NCBI RefSeq assembly: GCF_001194135.2
Contig: NC_068984.1
Location: 24,250,325 to 24,314,324, forward strand
Source: Octopus bimaculoides
Taxonomy: Eukaryota
DNA length: 64,000 nt
Reading direction: 5' to 3'
Positions 24,160-39,258 of the stretch are shown here, in pieces (within the stretch, counting starts at the first letter, position 1; each line of letters opens with the position of its first letter). The notes beneath the pieces are model-generated. The model was not told where the DNA came from and ran no database searches. It saw nothing but the letters and a program-made list of their open reading frames with translations. The position numbers and the translations under genes were made by a program.

Positions 24160-26334
24160 ATTTACATTTAAATTGTGCATCATTCTCTCCTTCTTTCATC
24201 ATCTTTACTGTGTGTCACTATCACTATACTAAGAACTTCACCCAATTATTTCCCTCTAATATTGCAGTCCTCAAGAATTCCTTCTCTGCCCGTATGCTTT
24301 CTGCAAAAATTCAAATTAGACATCAACCATATCGATCTACCTAATCTGGGGTTACATGAACAATAAAAGTTGGGTGCTACCTTCAAATAAACATACATTA
24401 TAATGGATTCCTCTTACAAGAGTTCAGTACTGCAAGCTAGTGAAATATTCTTTAGTAAAATAGTGATGTACCAGTGATGTACCATTTGATAGTTCATATT
24501 TACAGCCAAATGGCTTAGATTATTGAGAATTGATTCATCAAGTAGTAAGCTAGCACTCTCAGTAACTTAGCTAGCAACAACACACAGTATTTCTTTCCAG
24601 TCTTTATGCAACATTATCAAATTCATTCAGCTTATATATTATTTATCCGTTTGACATTTAGTCAGAGATACAAATAAAAAAAATCATTTAAATAAGCAAT
24701 ATTTTACAGCTTAACAATAATTATCTCTTGTTTACTGTAGAAATACTAATATGAAAGTAACTATTTTCTCTTTGAAACACTCAAGTTGTCATTCTTCATT
24801 TGTTTTTTGTCTTTGTTTTTGCTTGTTACTTTTTTTATTATTCATTCATTCATTCATTTATTTATTCATTCATTCATGCAAAGATTTATGCCAAAATTAC
24901 TGGCACATTCCCTCTCTTATCAATAAATAGAAGCAGCAAGCATTTGAAAACAAAGGTACAATGTACTAGAAGTACTTACAAATGATAATGTTTTATAAAT
25001 ACTGCAATATTTACGGTAAAGTAAAGCAGTGATACATCAGTATCTATTTTTATAACAAGTGTGACTTTGTAAAATAGCTGGCTTCATGTCAACAAATAAC
25101 ATTTCATCTTTGAGAGGATAAACAACAAATAGTAGTTTATTTATTTTCTTATCATTATATCTGAGGAAGGACAGTAACACGACCTGCAATGGAAAGAGCA
25201 AGGTCTTTCCACTGAGAGTAGGAAATAACTAAAACAGATATAGTTAACAACAAAACATGTTAAGTTTGCTAAAGAAATTATAAAAAAACAAAAAACAAAA
25301 AAAGACTGAAATATCACAGCTAAGATAATCTAAACCTTATACATGATTATAGTTTAGAGGTGAAATTCTATGACTAATATGATTTTGTTTATTTCCCATC
25401 AAATCTATATGTTTATAAGTCACCTTACAAAGAGACTTATAAACATATGGTGACTTATAAAGATATGTACTAATAATAGATTCAAATTATGTACCCGTCA
25501 AACAGAAACTGACATGTGTTGACTAAAATATTTTAGGGAACTTTACTCTGGAGTGTTTGCCAGCCTTCCCTAACTGTAAAAAAATCTTCCTAAAATTTGT
25601 TACATTTCAAAATTAAGTAAATTGAAGCAGGGAGCATGTAGGTTGATGTGTTCTGCTCTTCTGAGCAGAACACATTTACTGTATTTACAGTAAATTTGAA
25701 CTTGGAACAAACAAGCTGGTAATAAAATATTTCGTCCGTTCGATCATTTAAATTGAGAGGAATGTATGATAAGAAGAACATCTCTAACAACAATGTTAGT
25801 ATGAGTCAAAAAGTGAGCCTCTAGAGATCGTTCGATTTGTTGGAATTAGCAGCCAAATCCCTCTCAGCTACTATTCTACCATCTTAAAAAGAAAGAAAGA
25901 CAAATTGGATCATGTTGCCCTGCATGCATCATTTGAATAAGACAGGGTGGTCATGCTTTGAATGTCTTTGATCATAGGTTTACTCAAGGAGGAGGAAGAG
26001 GGAAAGAAGAAGAAGAAAAGCAATAACAACAACAGCAACAACAGCAACAATTTTACAACTTCTTAAGATATTTTAAAGTCTTGTGAACTTCATTTTACTA
26101 CAAGTCTCTGAAACATGAAGTTTCTCTTAAATTTCAATCAAAAAGAACAGGATTAATAGTTAAATTGATTTCTTAGAGAAAAGGTTCCATAAATTGAAAA
26201 TCATTGAACATTTTAAACAGAAATCCAGTTAACAGTATATAGAAATTGAAGGAAAATTATGAAAGTAAACCAATAACTCATGTGTGTGTAACATATATAT
26301 ATATATATATATATATGCATATGTATATATACAG

Positions 26335-26367
<33 letters not shown>

Positions 26368-28767
26368 TGCATATGTATATATACAGATATATACATATNN
26401 NNNNNNNNNNNNNNNNNNNNNNNNNNNNNNNNNNNNNNNNNNNNNNNNNNNNNNNNNNNNNNNNNNNNNNNNNNNNNNNNNNNNNNNNNNNNNNNNNNNN
26501 NNNNNNNNNNNNNNNNNNNNNNNNNNNNNNNNNNNNNNNNNNNNNNNNNNNNNNNNNNNNNNNNNNNNNNNNNNNNNNNNNNNNNNNNNNNNNNNNNNNN
26601 NNNNNNNNNNNNNNNNNNNNNNNNNNNNNNNNNNNNNNNNNNNNNNNNNNNNNNNNNNNNNNNNNNNNNNNNNNNNNNNNNNNNNNNNNNNNNNNNNNNN
26701 NNNNNNNNNNNNNNNNNNNNNNNNNNNNNNNNNNNNNNNNNNNNNNNNNNNNNNNNNNNNNNNNNNNNNNNNNNNNNNNNNNNNNNNNNNNNNNNNNNNN
26801 NNNNNNNNNNNNNNNNNNNNNNNNNNNNNNNNNNNNNNNNNNNNNNNNNNNNNNNNNNNNNNNNNNNNNNNNNNNNNNNNNNNNNNNNNNNNNNNNNNNN
26901 NNNNNNNNNNNNNNNNNNNNNNNNNNNNNNNNNNNNNNNNNNNNNNNNNNNNNNNNNNNNNNNNNNNNNNNNNNNNNNNNNNNNNNNNNNNNNNNNNNNN
27001 NNNNNNNNNNNNNNNNNNNNNNNNNNNNNNNNNNNNNNNNNNNNNNNNNNNNNNNNNNNNNNNNNNNNNNNNNNNNNNNNNNNNNNNNNNNNNNNNNNNN
27101 NNNNNNNNNNNNNNNNNNNNNNNNNNNNNNNNNNNNNNNNNNNNNNNNNNNNNNNNNNNNNNNNNNNNNNNNNNNNNNNNNNNNNNNNNNNNNNNNNNNN
27201 NNNNNNNNNNNNNNNNNNNNNNNNNNNNNNNNNNNNNNNNNNNNNNNNNNNNNNNNNNNNNNNNNNNNNNNNNNNNNNNNNNNNNNNNNNNNNNNNNNNN
27301 NNNNNNNNNNNNNNNNNNNNNNNNNNNNNNNNNNNNNNNNNNNNNNNNNNNNNNNNNNNNNNNNNNNNNNNNNNNNNNNNNNNNNATATGCTATACACAT
27401 GTTTTTACATATGTATTAAAAGAAATCTATAGTATGAAGTTAAATAGGTTAATCAATAGATAAAGATAACATTTTGATAATGACTGTTGTATTAAATTAT
27501 AGAGTATCAAAAAGAAAATTTTATGAAGAAATGAAGAACTTTTGCTGAAAAAGTAACTGGTGCATTTATTTTCATGTCTTCTTTCTCCCTCCTTCCTCTC
27601 TCTTTGTTCTTACTCTCTCTATCTCTACCTCTCTCTCCCCGACTCCGTTATTCTCTCAAAATTGCTCCTCTTTTTCATGTTTCTCTCTGCAGGTGGTAAA
27701 TTGACAGAAGCATTTAAGCATGATGCATCAAATGAAATGAATTGTGGTATTCTTTCTGGCACTTTGCATTTTGTGTTCAACTCCTGTTGAGGTCATCTTT
27801 GCCTTTAATCCTTTCTGGAGCTAATAAATAAAATATCAGTGTATGGCCGTGAAGTGGGAAATATTGTTAAGAATACCAGATGAGATGCCTTACAATATTT
27901 GTTCCACCGTTTAATTTTCTGAGTTCCGATCTTGTTGTGGTCATCTTGGCTGGTAGACTTAATCTGTCATCAGTTTAACACCATCACCGGGTCCCTCCTC
28001 TGTTGTAAGCATTTGGTTAAGATTCTGTTTTAAGGATACCTTCTTCTCTCTTCTTTCTCTCTTCAGTCTCAGAGGCTCTGAAAGGAGCTGTAAGCACTGA
28101 CCTTTCTAAACGACAAAAAATGCGTGTATGCGTGTTTGTGTCTGTATGTGCTTGTACGTGTGTCTTCTGTGTGTTTCTATGCATACAAAAGCACAAAGCA
28201 CTAACACCAATGTCAAAACGAAGTCAATGATACAGAAATGAGGGGTTTATGAAGTGTTTTGGTTTATTTTAGTTTTATTTTTTCCTAGTTTACACCAAAA
28301 TATTGGATATATATTTGAGGGTGCCACCTGGACACCTCATATCCACAACCTCTCTCTTTACACATAAACACACACACACACACACACTTCAGCTCATTAA
28401 TATGTTTTTATGGCTGTGTTTGTGAACTGGAACTATGGACTTCGGATAGTGTCAAAATTGAAATAGCCGGAAATTCTATATTTCGATGTACATTCTGACT
28501 ATTTATGACATCTATTTTTCAATAAGGGTTTCTTTATAAGAGCTGAACATAAGTATTACCATAGGGACAAAAAAAAAAAAAAAAAAAAAAAATCAAGCTA
28601 GCCAAATCAATTCTATTGAACAAAAAGTCCATCATTCATATTGCATCATATGCACAATTCTGAGTTTGTAGCCAATCTACATAACATTTTGCTGGCTCTG
28701 TGAAAGGTCAACAAGCAATTGTTGTGATATTGAGGTGTTTTCTTGAAAAGGAAAATATCTAAAAATA

Positions 28768-29283
28768 CACCTTCTCCTTGACTTACGACCAAGTTCCGTT
28801 CCAATTGACTGATCGTAAGTCAATCTGGTTTTATGTTACATTTATATTTTTCAACACTATTTTCATTCAAACACATTATAAAAATATAAAAGCAAAATTT
28901 AATCCATAATTAGTACATAATGTGAGAAATACACAATATGTGCTCTATTGTACTGTAAACAAAAATACAATCTAAAATTAATGAAAAAATTAATACAAAT
29001 GAAATTCTGCATGAATATAATAAAAAAATTGTTCCTGTGGAAAAAGTGCAATTGAAGATGAATTTTTAATACTCAGTCATGTTCTTGGATTGAGGTGGAT
29101 GGTTTTTCAAGGAACGTGGTGAGCTTTGCTTGAATAGTTTTTTCTTCTTTTTTTGTCATATATCTTACAATAACAATGCACAGCATCTTGAATGATGCAT
29201 TCAACCTTTGCTAAGTGTTCAACTTTTCTGTGGCCGTAAGTGTGGATGGTCGTAAGTTGCATAGGTTGTAAGTCAAGAAGGCG
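28768..29283 (-). mobile_element. Non-autonomous pogo/Tigger-like DNA transposon
   Basis: TA-flanked TIRs (CCTTGACTTACGACC / GGTTGTAAGTCAAGAAGG); minus-strand remnant AKVECIIQDAVHCYCKIYDKK/KKTIQAKLTTFL resembles the Tigger transposase C-terminus. Confidence 0.7.
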
Positions 29284-29614
29284 TATACATATTCTGTATT
29301 GATGTCTCAGTTAACAACACCTCAACAACTTACAATATGCGGCTGAAAAAGAAGACATACAACAGCCGCCTAAACCCACACAACTGCTGGGCTTGTCAGC
29401 AACTAACACATGTGAGATATTTTGAAAAACATGGAAGATATTATCAAGAGCATATTTAACATACATATATGCCATGATATTCATTTTTGCCTTATTTCTT
29501 GGTAGTATTGTACAATGTATGGCACAAAGACAACTGCATCCATTATATGAATTTATATATGAATATATATAATTACATATGCATATATAATTACACACAC
29601 ACACACCTCACATA

Positions 29615-29674
<60 letters not shown>

Positions 29675-30033
29675 TTAATGTCTACTTTCCATGCTGGCAT
29701 GGATTGGACAATTTGACAGAACTGGTCAGCTGATGAGGTGTCCAGGTTCCTATTGTCTGTTTTGCCATGGTTTCCACGGCTGGATGCCCTAATGCCAACC
29801 ATTTCACAGAGTATATTGAGTGCATTTTACATGGTACTGGTGTAGGTGCTTTTACATGGTGCCAGCATGAGTGCTTTTATGTGGCACCAGCACAAGTGCT
29901 TTTATGTGGCACCAGCACAAGTGCTTTTAATGTGACACCAGCACCTGTGAGTCCTCAAGTGAAGGACCTCATAGCTGAGAGAGGGACATAGGGGACATAC
30001 CTGTATACATATATATATATCATCATCATCACG

Positions 30034-30117
<84 letters not shown>

Positions 30118-30218
30118 GGTATGTTAAGATCCAGTTGAATTAGGTGCTTAAATTGAGGTACCAAGCCAGTTCAGTATAGTCCGCACAACTCGAACTTAGG
30201 TGAATAAAAAGCAAATAA

Positions 30219-30606
30219 GTAACAAGGAAGTCCAGGTATCGATGCATTACGGCTGTTTCAAGCAGCTCTATTTAATCTATTAATGCAAACATTACATTAA
30301 TTTGAAATAAAATGTTCTCCTCAGAGCAGATGACCATATAGATTTCCAATATAAAGGATAAACCATTTTTTAGCGCAATTTACATCAGTACTAGAAACCA
30401 AACACTTACATTGCTTCCCTTTACTATGCTTTGGTTTTTAGTGCTGATGTAAATTGTACTAAAAAATGGTTCATCTTTCATATTGGAAATCTATATGGTC
30501 ATCTGAGGAGAGCATTTTCTTTCAAATTGATGTAATGTTTGCATTGATCGATGAAATGGCTGCTTGAAACAGCCGCAATGCATGGATACCAGGACATCCT
30601 TGTTAC
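30219..30606. mobile_element. Palindromic MITE with arms of about 180 bp
   Basis: GTAACAAGGAAGTCCAGGTATCGATGCATTACGGCTGTTTCAAGCAGC... vs ...GCTGCTTGAAACAGCCGCAATGCATGGATACCAGGACATCCTTGTTAC; short central loop; TA at both ends. Confidence 0.85.
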
Positions 30607-30838
30607 ATATACATATTTGCTTTATATATATATATCATCATCATCATCATCATCATCATCGTTTAACGTCCGCTTTCCATGCTAGCATAGGTTGGATGAT
30701 TTGACTGAGGAGTGGTGGAACCCGAAGGCTACACGAGGCTCCAATCTGATTTGGCAGAGTTTCTACAGCTGGATGCCCTTCCTAACGCCAACCACTCCGA
30801 GAGTGTAGTAGATGCTTTTACGTGCCACCCGCACAAAG

Positions 30839-30934
<96 letters not shown>

Positions 30935-32094
30935 AATGTATATGTATATAAGCATATATATATAATTGTATTAACAATTTGAATCAGGTTCACATAATGT
31001 AAAGTTTCACAGAAGAGAAAGAGACACACTTGATCACACAGACACTTGGATGCTTGCTTCTGAATATGCATATATCTTTTTGCTGAATCACTGAGATATG
31101 GGGACATAAATAAACCAACACCAGATGTCAAAGAGTGGAGAGATAAACATAAACACATGCATGTATACACACACTTACATATATATAATGGATTTCCACA
31201 GTTTCCGCCTTCAAAATTCATTGACAAGATACCTGTAAGCTCAGTACTACAACAGAAGATACTCGCTCAAGGCAATATGCTATGGGACTAAAGCTAAAAC
31301 CACATGATTATGAACTTCTTAACAACACAGCCATGAGTAAATTCGACTAAATAGAATTGCTTACCCACTTTTCCAATGTTCAGTACATATTTTTCAAGCT
31401 TATTACTAACATACACATACACATATATATTCACATATGGTTTGACAGGATCTGGCAAGCCACATGCCTGTACTGAGCTTCAATGTCAGCATTGGCATGT
31501 TTTCTATGACTGGATGCCTTTCCTGATGCCAAATACTTTACAGTGTGTACTGAGGTGCTTCTTTTTTTCTTCATACCATCTGTACTAGTTTCTGTCTTGT
31601 AACCTACTTTTTGTACTTACTAGTGCTAGTGGCATGAAAAAAATCACCCAGTACACATCATAGGGTGGTTAGCATTAGGAAGGGCATCCAGCTATAGAAA
31701 ACATGTCAAACCATCCAACCCATGCCAGCATGCAAAACAGAGATGGATGATGATGGTGGTGGTTTCATGGCAGTGACGATGATGATGATAAAAAACACAC
31801 ATTTAACATGAAGATAGACCAATATAACCAAAATTTATTTGTTAATACTCTTAAGATCCATGCAGGAAATATCTACAGATTCAACAACAACATCTCCAGC
31901 TGATATAGGGATGGAATCTGGCCAAAAGAAATGTCTATACTTGGTAGTAGAATGTGGCAAAAATTACTTTCAAAGCCAAAAATATTCACACTAATGGCCT
32001 TTCTCCTCTCCTTCTATACACCACATGCTACAATTATTAAAAAGATGTTGTGAAATAAAGTAGAGTGACCAACATTATTATTATAACAGACTTG

Positions 32095-32640
32095 ATAAGG
32101 CAGTGAACTGGCAGATTTGCTAGCATGCCAGACAATATGCTTTGTGATACTTCATATGTTCTGAGCTCAAATTCCACTGAGGTCAACTTTGCCTTTCATC
32201 CTTTCAGGGTAATAAGTACCTGTCAAGTACCAGGGTTGATGTAATTGACTTTTTCCTACCCTCAAAAACTGCTGGTCCTGTACCAAAATTTGAAGCCATT
32301 ATACCAGACTTGAAAAATTATATTCATCCAAGTCATCCCAGAGTTCAGCTACAGTATGAAATTCTGTTACCATCAGCATTTGGGATACTAAATTAGATAT
32401 GTAAAGAAAATTCATTCCAGTGATCTTCTTTTCTACTCTAGGCTCAAGACCAGGAATTTTTGGAGAGGGGGGCCAGTCAATAAGATCGATCCCAGTATGC
32501 AACTAGTATTCAATTTATCGACCCCGAAAGGATGAAAGGCAAAGTCGACCTCAGCAGAATTTGAACTCAGAACGTAAAGACAGATGAAATACCGCTAAGC
32601 ATTTTGCCTGGCATGCTAATGTTTCTACCAGCTCACTGCC
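32095..32640. mobile_element. Two SINE family C copies tail-to-tail
   Basis: Plus copy about 32095-32300 and minus copy about 32410-32640. Confidence 0.7.
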
Positions 32641-33423
32641 TTTCATTCCAGTGATATTAAAATCCTGGAATATTTGTACATAAACTGGAAGATTCCACAG
32701 AAATAGAGACACCAACAAAAAATGTAATGATATGCAGTTTGGTTCATAGGGGGAGGGGGAGGGGGAGAGTAATGTAATGCATGGTGGTGATGGTAGGGAG
32801 ATTAATGTAACAAAGATTACATCCATCATCATCATCGTTGTTGTTGTTGTTTAGCATCCACTTTTCCATGCTTGCATGGGTCAGACCGAATTTGTTAAAG
32901 CAGATTTTCTACAGCTGGAGACCCTTTCTGTCACTAACTCTCACCTGTTTCCAAGCAAGATAATATCTCCCCATGATCAAATATGTTCTTCACTGAAGAT
33001 TGGAAATGAATATCATTGCTGGTATGATATTGATGCTCACTTACAATCATCACGTGATGTCAAGTCAAGGCTATACACAATCACACTTACACACACACAT
33101 GATGGGCTTGGGCTTCTTTTAGTTTCCATGTATCAAATTCACTAACAAGGTTTTGATCAGCCCTGGCCTATAGTAGAAGACACTTGCCCAAGGTACTACA
33201 TAATGCAGTTGAATCCAGGCCATATGATGAAGAAGCTAGCTTCTTAAACACACCCCAATACTTGTGCCTAAATTAAATTATAATTAGTAATTAATGAAAT
33301 ATAATGCAAGTATTGAGTATTGGCAAAACAACGATCATCCCCCTTTTAATTGCTTTAATATGTTATTTCAGAACTGAAGTAACATATTGAATTAGATTCA
33401 TACTTAAGCATGTGTTCACATCT

Positions 33424-33467
<44 letters not shown>

Positions 33468-33540
33468 NNNNNNNNNNNNNNNNNNNNNNNNNNNNNNNNN
33501 NNNNNNNNNNNNNNNNNNNNNNNNNNNNNNNNNNNNNNNN

Positions 33541-33609
<69 letters not shown>

Positions 33610-36600
33610 CAAATAGTTATTTAAAAGAGTGCTTTATTGATTATAATATGAAGTATAAGTATTTTGAGATCAAGTGATGCTTTTTTTATGATTTTAAGAT
33701 TTTAAAACTCATGATCACCCATCTCATGGAAATATGAAAAATATATTCTAAATACAAAATAAGAAGCATGAAAAAAACAGAGATTCAAACATGAATTATT
33801 TTCATTTATTATATATTCTGCCAGAAGCAATTTATTCAATTTTTAAAAAACTTTTTTGTATAGTAGTATTATTATTACTCCCAGAATCAGGAAGCCATTT
33901 CAAAAATAAATAAAAAAAAAGTTTAAAATCTATAAAATCATATTAATTGAAAATTGCTTGAGAAGTAATTTGAAAAATGTAAGCACACTGTCAAAAATAC
34001 TTATGATACCTTGGAAATTCTATATTTATAACACATGTTAAATAAAATAAGTTACATATCTAGAAGAAGTCAAAGGTTTACCAACAAAATACTGTTAAAT
34101 TGTTATCAATATCTTAAATGCAGAGGAAAAAAAAAAAGAATCCTAGTTCTCTTATGAGTGAATTGCAAATTTCTAATAACAAAAATAAATTCTAGGTTGG
34201 ACTTGATGTTTTTTTTATTCATCTTCTGTCAATACTATGTCAATGTATTTAATATTTGAATATTGATTTTTGTAAAACTATAGGCACAATGCCTCAGATT
34301 TATCAGGGGAAATTAGATTATGTGGCATTCTTGCCTTTCTTAAGAGCATAAATGACAATGGCTCCAGTCAAGAATCAAAACTCAACTGCAGATGTGGCAT
34401 GTCTAGAGGAGCTTATCTTTTCAATACATTGCATGTCACAATACAACATTAATAAGAGAGACACACACACGCTATAGCATACAACATATATTATAATTTC
34501 ATCAACTGTATAGTAAAATAATGATATTCTTGAAACCATATTTTTCTTCTGGGAATTCTTAAAGCGCCAGCTACATTATAATAGACTGAATAAATGAAGT
34601 TATTTTATATAGGCCAACACAAATGTGGATGTTAAATTCATTAAATATCCTACACAGCCAACATCCTAACAGCAAACAGCCAAGTGAAATCTTTTTATCT
34701 TTCAGTCAGAATTTGAGCTGAAACAAATGAAGCCATTTATATGAAAGATAGTATTATAAATTCTCACTAAATTAATATTCATTGTAATTAATATTTATTG
34801 TAAAATTGAGTCAGATTTATCCACACAGACTTATAGACATGTTATGTTCACTTGACAATTTATTGCAACATTAAGTAGTAAAATATATCCTGAACGAACA
34901 GTGTCATGCATTATATTCTTCTAAATGATGAAAATATAATTCTGCCAATACTGCTGTCATTGTCATCATCCTCATCATCACCATCACTACCACTGTTTTT
35001 ATGTTTGCTTTTCCCATGCTGCTATGGGTTGGCTGAGACTTTTTTTGAGGGAATATTCTGCAGCCAGATGAAGCTCTTCAAAATGCTAATCCTTACTTGT
35101 AAATCAACTAAGGTTTCTTATACCATGTCTTAAAATACAAAACTACTGAGCTGCAGGACATATTGTTTACGTCAGACATAAACAAATATTTACAGCAGCC
35201 CAAATGGTCTATATGTGAACACACACGCTCACACACGCACGCGCGGCATGCTTCCGTACAATTTCCGTTTACCAAATTTTATTCACGAGGCTTTGGATAA
35301 CCCAAAGCCCTAGCAGAAAATACATGGCCAAGATGTCATACAATGGAATCAAACTCAAAACCACATCGATAAAATTAATTTATCTGCAGGTCCATGTGCT
35401 TGCAACACACATGCACGCATGCACATCCGTACACACACACATATAATGAACTATATCATTGTTTTGCATGTAACTTTAATGTTCATTCAAGTATAAGTTT
35501 ATTCCATAGCCCAATGAAGTTAAAAGTATACATCAAAAGACACAACCTCTTCCCAATCTTTTCCTGTCATCAACTAACATCATGTTTTCCAGTTTCATCC
35601 TCCTTGTTCATTCCTTGATGTTGCTTAACTACCCACTTCATAATCTTTTTATACTTCTTTTCCTGGAGACTTTGTCCATGCCTGACTTTATTCACTAGAA
35701 GTAAGATATCATTGCATGACTATACCACTTTCTTTTCTGCCTTTTAGCAATTTGGCATAAGAGTTTCATGGATTGCAGTCTTCTTTCTTTCTTAATGAGA
35801 GCATTAAAGAATTGTTAAGAAGGAAGTTTATTACTTACTATATGGTTAACGTTTGTCTGTTTTACTTTGTTATCATGAGAAATCAGTAATAAGCATGAAG
35901 ATATCTCATATCATTTAATGGATTCTTGAATCTTTATCAAAGGTTTCACCTTCATGTCAAAAAGAAGACAGATTAACAAAAGCCATCCCTAGGAAAAAGT
36001 AAGGAAAAAAAAAAACTTCAACAAAGAATTGAACTTGTTTGTACAGTAGATGTGGCTTTCTACACACCACAACTCTATGACAACTATTGAGAAGACCTGG
36101 TTTCTTTTATTAACCAATATACTCCCTCCTTCTCAGTTTAGGCTTTTCTTTATGGTGCATGTCACATCAAGTCCCTTTTTACTGGTGTAACTTTTATTCA
36201 AATGCTTTATTGAGCTTGATAATCTTTGTAGTACCCATCTCCTCCCCAGAATAAAGGTATCATTGGCTTTCAAGAAGCTCATCTTCTTTTGGCAGGTTTT
36301 ACCTTTTAATCCTGCTGAATGTCAAGTAGGGGTCAGTTTAGATCACTTGAATAGGAGCTGGTAGTACACAATTACCTGGTTACCATAACAGGCTTCTATC
36401 AGCTTGTCATGTACAGTATTGCATATCTGCTTAACAATTCTTTCATCACTATGTCAGCAGGTATGATGAAGTCAGTGCTTTGTTGAGGAGGTCCAATAAG
36501 ACCAAACTATGCCTGATGTTATCTCCATTATTTGCAAAATGATTACAAGAATATTTGCTATTGAGCATAAGGTGGTGGATGATGGTAAACATATTTTATT

Positions 36601-39045
36601 TGTCACTTAAACATGGACCATAATTATGTGGTCACACCAATCTTGTCTTCTTCAACAGCAAACAAATGCAATTACTGTACACACCAAGAAAACATTATTG
36701 TGTTGTTCCTACTCTAAATATGCAACCTGAACTATCATAGTCACTACAAATGTCAAGACACTCTATCACTGACAATCTCTCTTAGCAAATGCACATCCTC
36801 AATATAGCAAATACTGCATCACATATACTGGTCTTCTTTCTTGAGAGTCAGAAAATATTTTAGCCTTCAACAACCACTAACCCTCTGTGAAGCTTAAGTG
36901 ACACCTACCTCCGGGGGACAATGCTGCTATACACACACATACAAACACAGAGGCATCCTAGACCAGAACCAAAGAAAAACCACCCAATTATTAGACATGA
37001 AGACATTTGCCAACACATTCCAATCTCAGGCCCATAAAAGTAGTCTCTTTTGTCAGCCTTTTCTACCACTATTACACTGGCCTATTGTTCCTTGGAGCAG
37101 TCCAGTCTTGTTCTATCCATGTCCTATCAAACACTCATCTCTCTCTATTCTCCTTTCCTCATTACTCATATTGTGTCTATTTCCTTCCCCACCATTACAC
37201 CTAATCTTTTCTCCCCAAAATGTTACCTTCTTGAATTCCTTCTCTCTATATTTCTTGTGCAGCTAACAATTGGCAACAGTCTAAGTTAAACGCATAAAAC
37301 TCACTAATCTTTCAGGCCTGCAAAGGCTATGGATACAACCACCATCTCCTGATCAAACCAATTTTAAAAAAAATAAACACCTAAAAGAAATATGCAATGA
37401 TTTTTCCAAAGACAAAAGTACTTCATGACTACTAGAAAGCAATCTGCTGACAGTCAGTTTCTATTTATCATATATTCTTTGTTGTGCAATAATCTGCTGC
37501 TCTGCAATGTTCAGTTCTGAACAGTTTGTTATAGATTTTATTGACTGATCAAGTTTGTGGATCACTCCATTTTAGAGTTGCAAGAAAATATTCTTAGTAT
37601 CATCAAGGCCAAAGAATAACTGGAAACAAAAGTCTTGCAAAATACATAAATAAATAAGAAATAAAAAGAAAAAAGAAATATGATGATGATGATGATGATA
37701 AACAAGGCAGGTATAAAATGAGATATGAGACTCTCAACTATTGAACCAGTATAGAAGTATGTTACATTATCTACCCTAGAGAATGATATATAGTTACTTC
37801 CAATACAAGTAAGTCTGTCTACAGGGAAGATAATGTTAGAAAGGCCTTGTTCAAGAATATAACACATCAACTGCAGTGATTTATGCACCCATAATTTGTT
37901 TGTTACATTTTATCCTTGTACAGCATATAAATAAAGATCTATACCATAATAATTATAAATTTTCCAGTATCTGAAGTCATCCTAACAACAGGGCATTGAA
38001 GCAACTACATTAAAGTAATTGCCATACACAAATCTATGGTGTTATGAACCTATGGAAAGCTTTTTATTGTATCTATCTTATGCTTAGCAGGAGGACTGGT
38101 AACAACATTTAACTGAATAGGGATTAACTGAATAGGGATTACATGGAACTTTAAACATAGAGTTTTAAAATATTTGACTCAATAGAAATTTACCCCTCAT
38201 CTTAGTATGAGAAAATTTTACATTATATAAAATTATTTCTGCTTCCATGAGCAACAAAAGCCTCTTAAAATCAGTGCTTAGCTTCAGATGATAAGCAGAT
38301 GAGAGCTAAATCACACACTCCACTGCATAACTCACCAGCTTATCTTTTATGTTTTACTTGTTCCAGTCTTTTGGACTGTGGCCATGCTAGAGCTCCATCT
38401 TGAAGGGTTTCAATTAAGCAAATGGACCCCAGTACTCATTCTTCTAAGACTGATGCTTATTCTACCAGTCTTCTTTGCAGAACTGCAAAGTTACAGGGAT
38501 GTAAATACTTCAACACTGGTTGTTGAGCAGAGATGTGGAACAGGCACACACACACACACACACATCATCATTTCATGTCCATTCTCCATGCTGGCATGGT
38601 TGGACAGTTTAACAGGAGCTGGCCAGCTGGAGAGTTGCCCAGGATCCATTTGTTTGTTTTGGCAGGGTTTCTATAGCTGGATGCCCTTCTTAATGCCAAC
38701 CAGTTTACAGAGTGTACTGGGTGCTTTTTACATGGCACTGGCATGGGTACTTTTACATTGGTACACTCACACAGGCACTTTCACATGGCACCAGCACTCT
38801 CGAGCCTGCATGACTACGGTAACAGTCTTCTTTTAGATTCCATCAACCAAATCCACTCACAAGACCAAGGCTATAGTAGAAGACACTTGTCCAAGGTGCC
38901 ACAGAGTGGGACTGAACCCAGAACCATGTAGTTGGGAGGCTTATCTCAGGTAATATTTTTAAAATATTATCCCAAAGTTAAGTGAGGATCATGCCCAGAG
39001 ACATGACTAAAGGCTTGCAGAAGATATGAATTCCCAACCTATTAA

Positions 39046-39258
39046 CCCTACAATGCCTTCTGTTAATAATTCTTGATGCTTCAAATACTAATACTAATGA
39101 AGGGAAAAACCTCAATAAAATTGAAAGCTAGAAGGAGTTTTAAGCATATCTATGTTAAAACAAAATCATTGCAGGCGTCTACTAATAATATCTGGTGGTT
39201 GATGCAACATTTTCAGACTTACAAGTAATTCTTTTTATGGTAGTTTAGGCATTAAGGG
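39046..39258. mobile_element. piggyBac-like MITE (TTAA target)
   Basis: TTAA|CCCTACAATGCC ... GGCATTAAGGG|TTAA. Confidence 0.55.

Noticed and set aside
27660-27790. Strong acceptor followed by an open frame
   Set aside because: The downstream sequence is a decayed family C SINE
29820-29945. CRISPR-like short repeats (also 53215-53345)
   Set aside because: Adjacent tandem units with no unique spacers, inside an RTE 3' UTR in a eukaryotic genome; no cas genes
35600-36700. Possible decayed minus-strand LINE
   Set aside because: No motif could be recovered with confidence
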